Of a stretch of DNA of 36,362 nt, positions 36,012 through 36,362 are shown in pieces (positions within the stretch are counted from its first letter, which is position 1; every line of letters starts with the position of its first letter). This DNA is from Myxococcales bacterium (GTDB taxonomy: Bacteria; Myxococcota; Myxococcia; Myxococcales; Myxococcaceae): assembly GCA_030693825.1 (NCBI GenBank), contig JAUXZV010000023.1, positions 102,984 through 139,345 of the forward strand. Direction: 5' to 3'. Under the pieces are notes generated by a model. That model did not search any database. It saw only the letters and a list, made by a program, of their open reading frames with translations, and was not told the origin of the DNA. The position numbers and the translations under genes were made by a program.

Positions 36012-36362
36012 CTAGTTGTTGGGCGCGCCGGCGTTGATCCAGTCGCGAATGAGGTCGATCTGCACTTGAGGCAGACAGGAATTGCCCGAGCAGCCTCGGG
36101 GCATACGTCCGCCACACGTCTGCGTCCCTGCGACTTTCTGGAAGAGCAAGCTCGCCGTGGCGTCGCTCGCGACGAGGCGCGGGCCACCGCATGAGCTCGT
36201 GCCGCGCACGTAGGTGTTGGCCGCGGCGACGGTGTCGGTCGAATGGCAGGTGCTACATCGTGCCGCGAGAATCGGTGCGACCTGCGACATGAAGCTGACT
36301 TGTGCGGTTCCCCCTCCGGCAGCGCCACCTGCCGCCGAGCCACCTGCTGCCGAGCCACCTGC
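36012..36362 (-). CDS. Partial CDS, 5' end outside the window: protein with a Gly/Ala/Ser-rich linker and a C-terminal PSCyt1-like (planctomycete cytochrome c-type) domain
   Basis: VAPILAARCSTCHS...LIRDWINAGA matches the PSCyt1 domain pattern, including CxxCH. The frame stays open upstream to the window end through AGGSAAGGSAAGG (15-nt direct DNA repeats at 36320-36362). Confidence 0.5.
   Translation of the reverse strand, partial: AGGSAAGGSAAGGAAGGGTAQVSFMSQVAPILAARCSTCHSTDTVAAANTYVRGTSSCGGPRLVASDATASLLFQKVAGTQTCGGRMPRGCSGNSCLPQVQIDLIRDWINAGAPNN

Overview
This is a roughly 70% GC bacterial chromosomal window. A myxobacterial (Myxococcota) origin is likely but is an inference from the gene types and composition, not a search result. 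Long antisense ORFs are everywhere, so genes were called from motifs, RBS and start context, and frame consistency.

Housekeeping genes are pyruvate phosphate dikinase (ppdK), a type-2 isoleucyl-tRNA synthetase (ileS), a DUF1801 protein, aminopeptidase N (pepN), a HIBADH-family dehydrogenase and a PlsC-like acyltransferase. Also present are an ABC-2 ATPase/permease pair, a membrane-anchored Ser/Thr kinase and a CBS-pair protein.

Two accessory blocks stand out.

(1) A co-directional minus-strand locus at 29.8-36.4 kb encodes two staphylococcal-nuclease-fold lipoproteins, a 771-aa lipoprotein made of four lamin-tail domains (an internal tandem duplication), and a predicted outer-membrane beta-barrel with an N-terminal ComEA-like helix-hairpin-helix DNA-binding module. 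I propose this as an undescribed extracellular-DNA capture, degradation and uptake system.

(2) A four-gene operon at 12.9-19.1 kb encodes an imelysin-like protein, a lipoprotein, an HTTM-domain membrane protein and a TonB-dependent receptor. It follows an unusually AT-rich promoter containing palindromes and is bracketed by ~117-bp direct repeats at about 86% identity, which are copies of the pepN 5' end. This looks like a horizontally acquired islet inserted at the pepN start. The downstream repeat copy is a decayed pepN fragment whose antisense strand now provides the start and signal peptide of a small lipoprotein gene.

Other notable items are a 24-bp perfect palindrome just upstream of the ppdK start codon, acidic tandem repeats at the N-terminus of the TonB receptor, a Cys-rich secreted repeat protein with a GGGxAT array, and a kinase with an HRDLNPPN catalytic loop.
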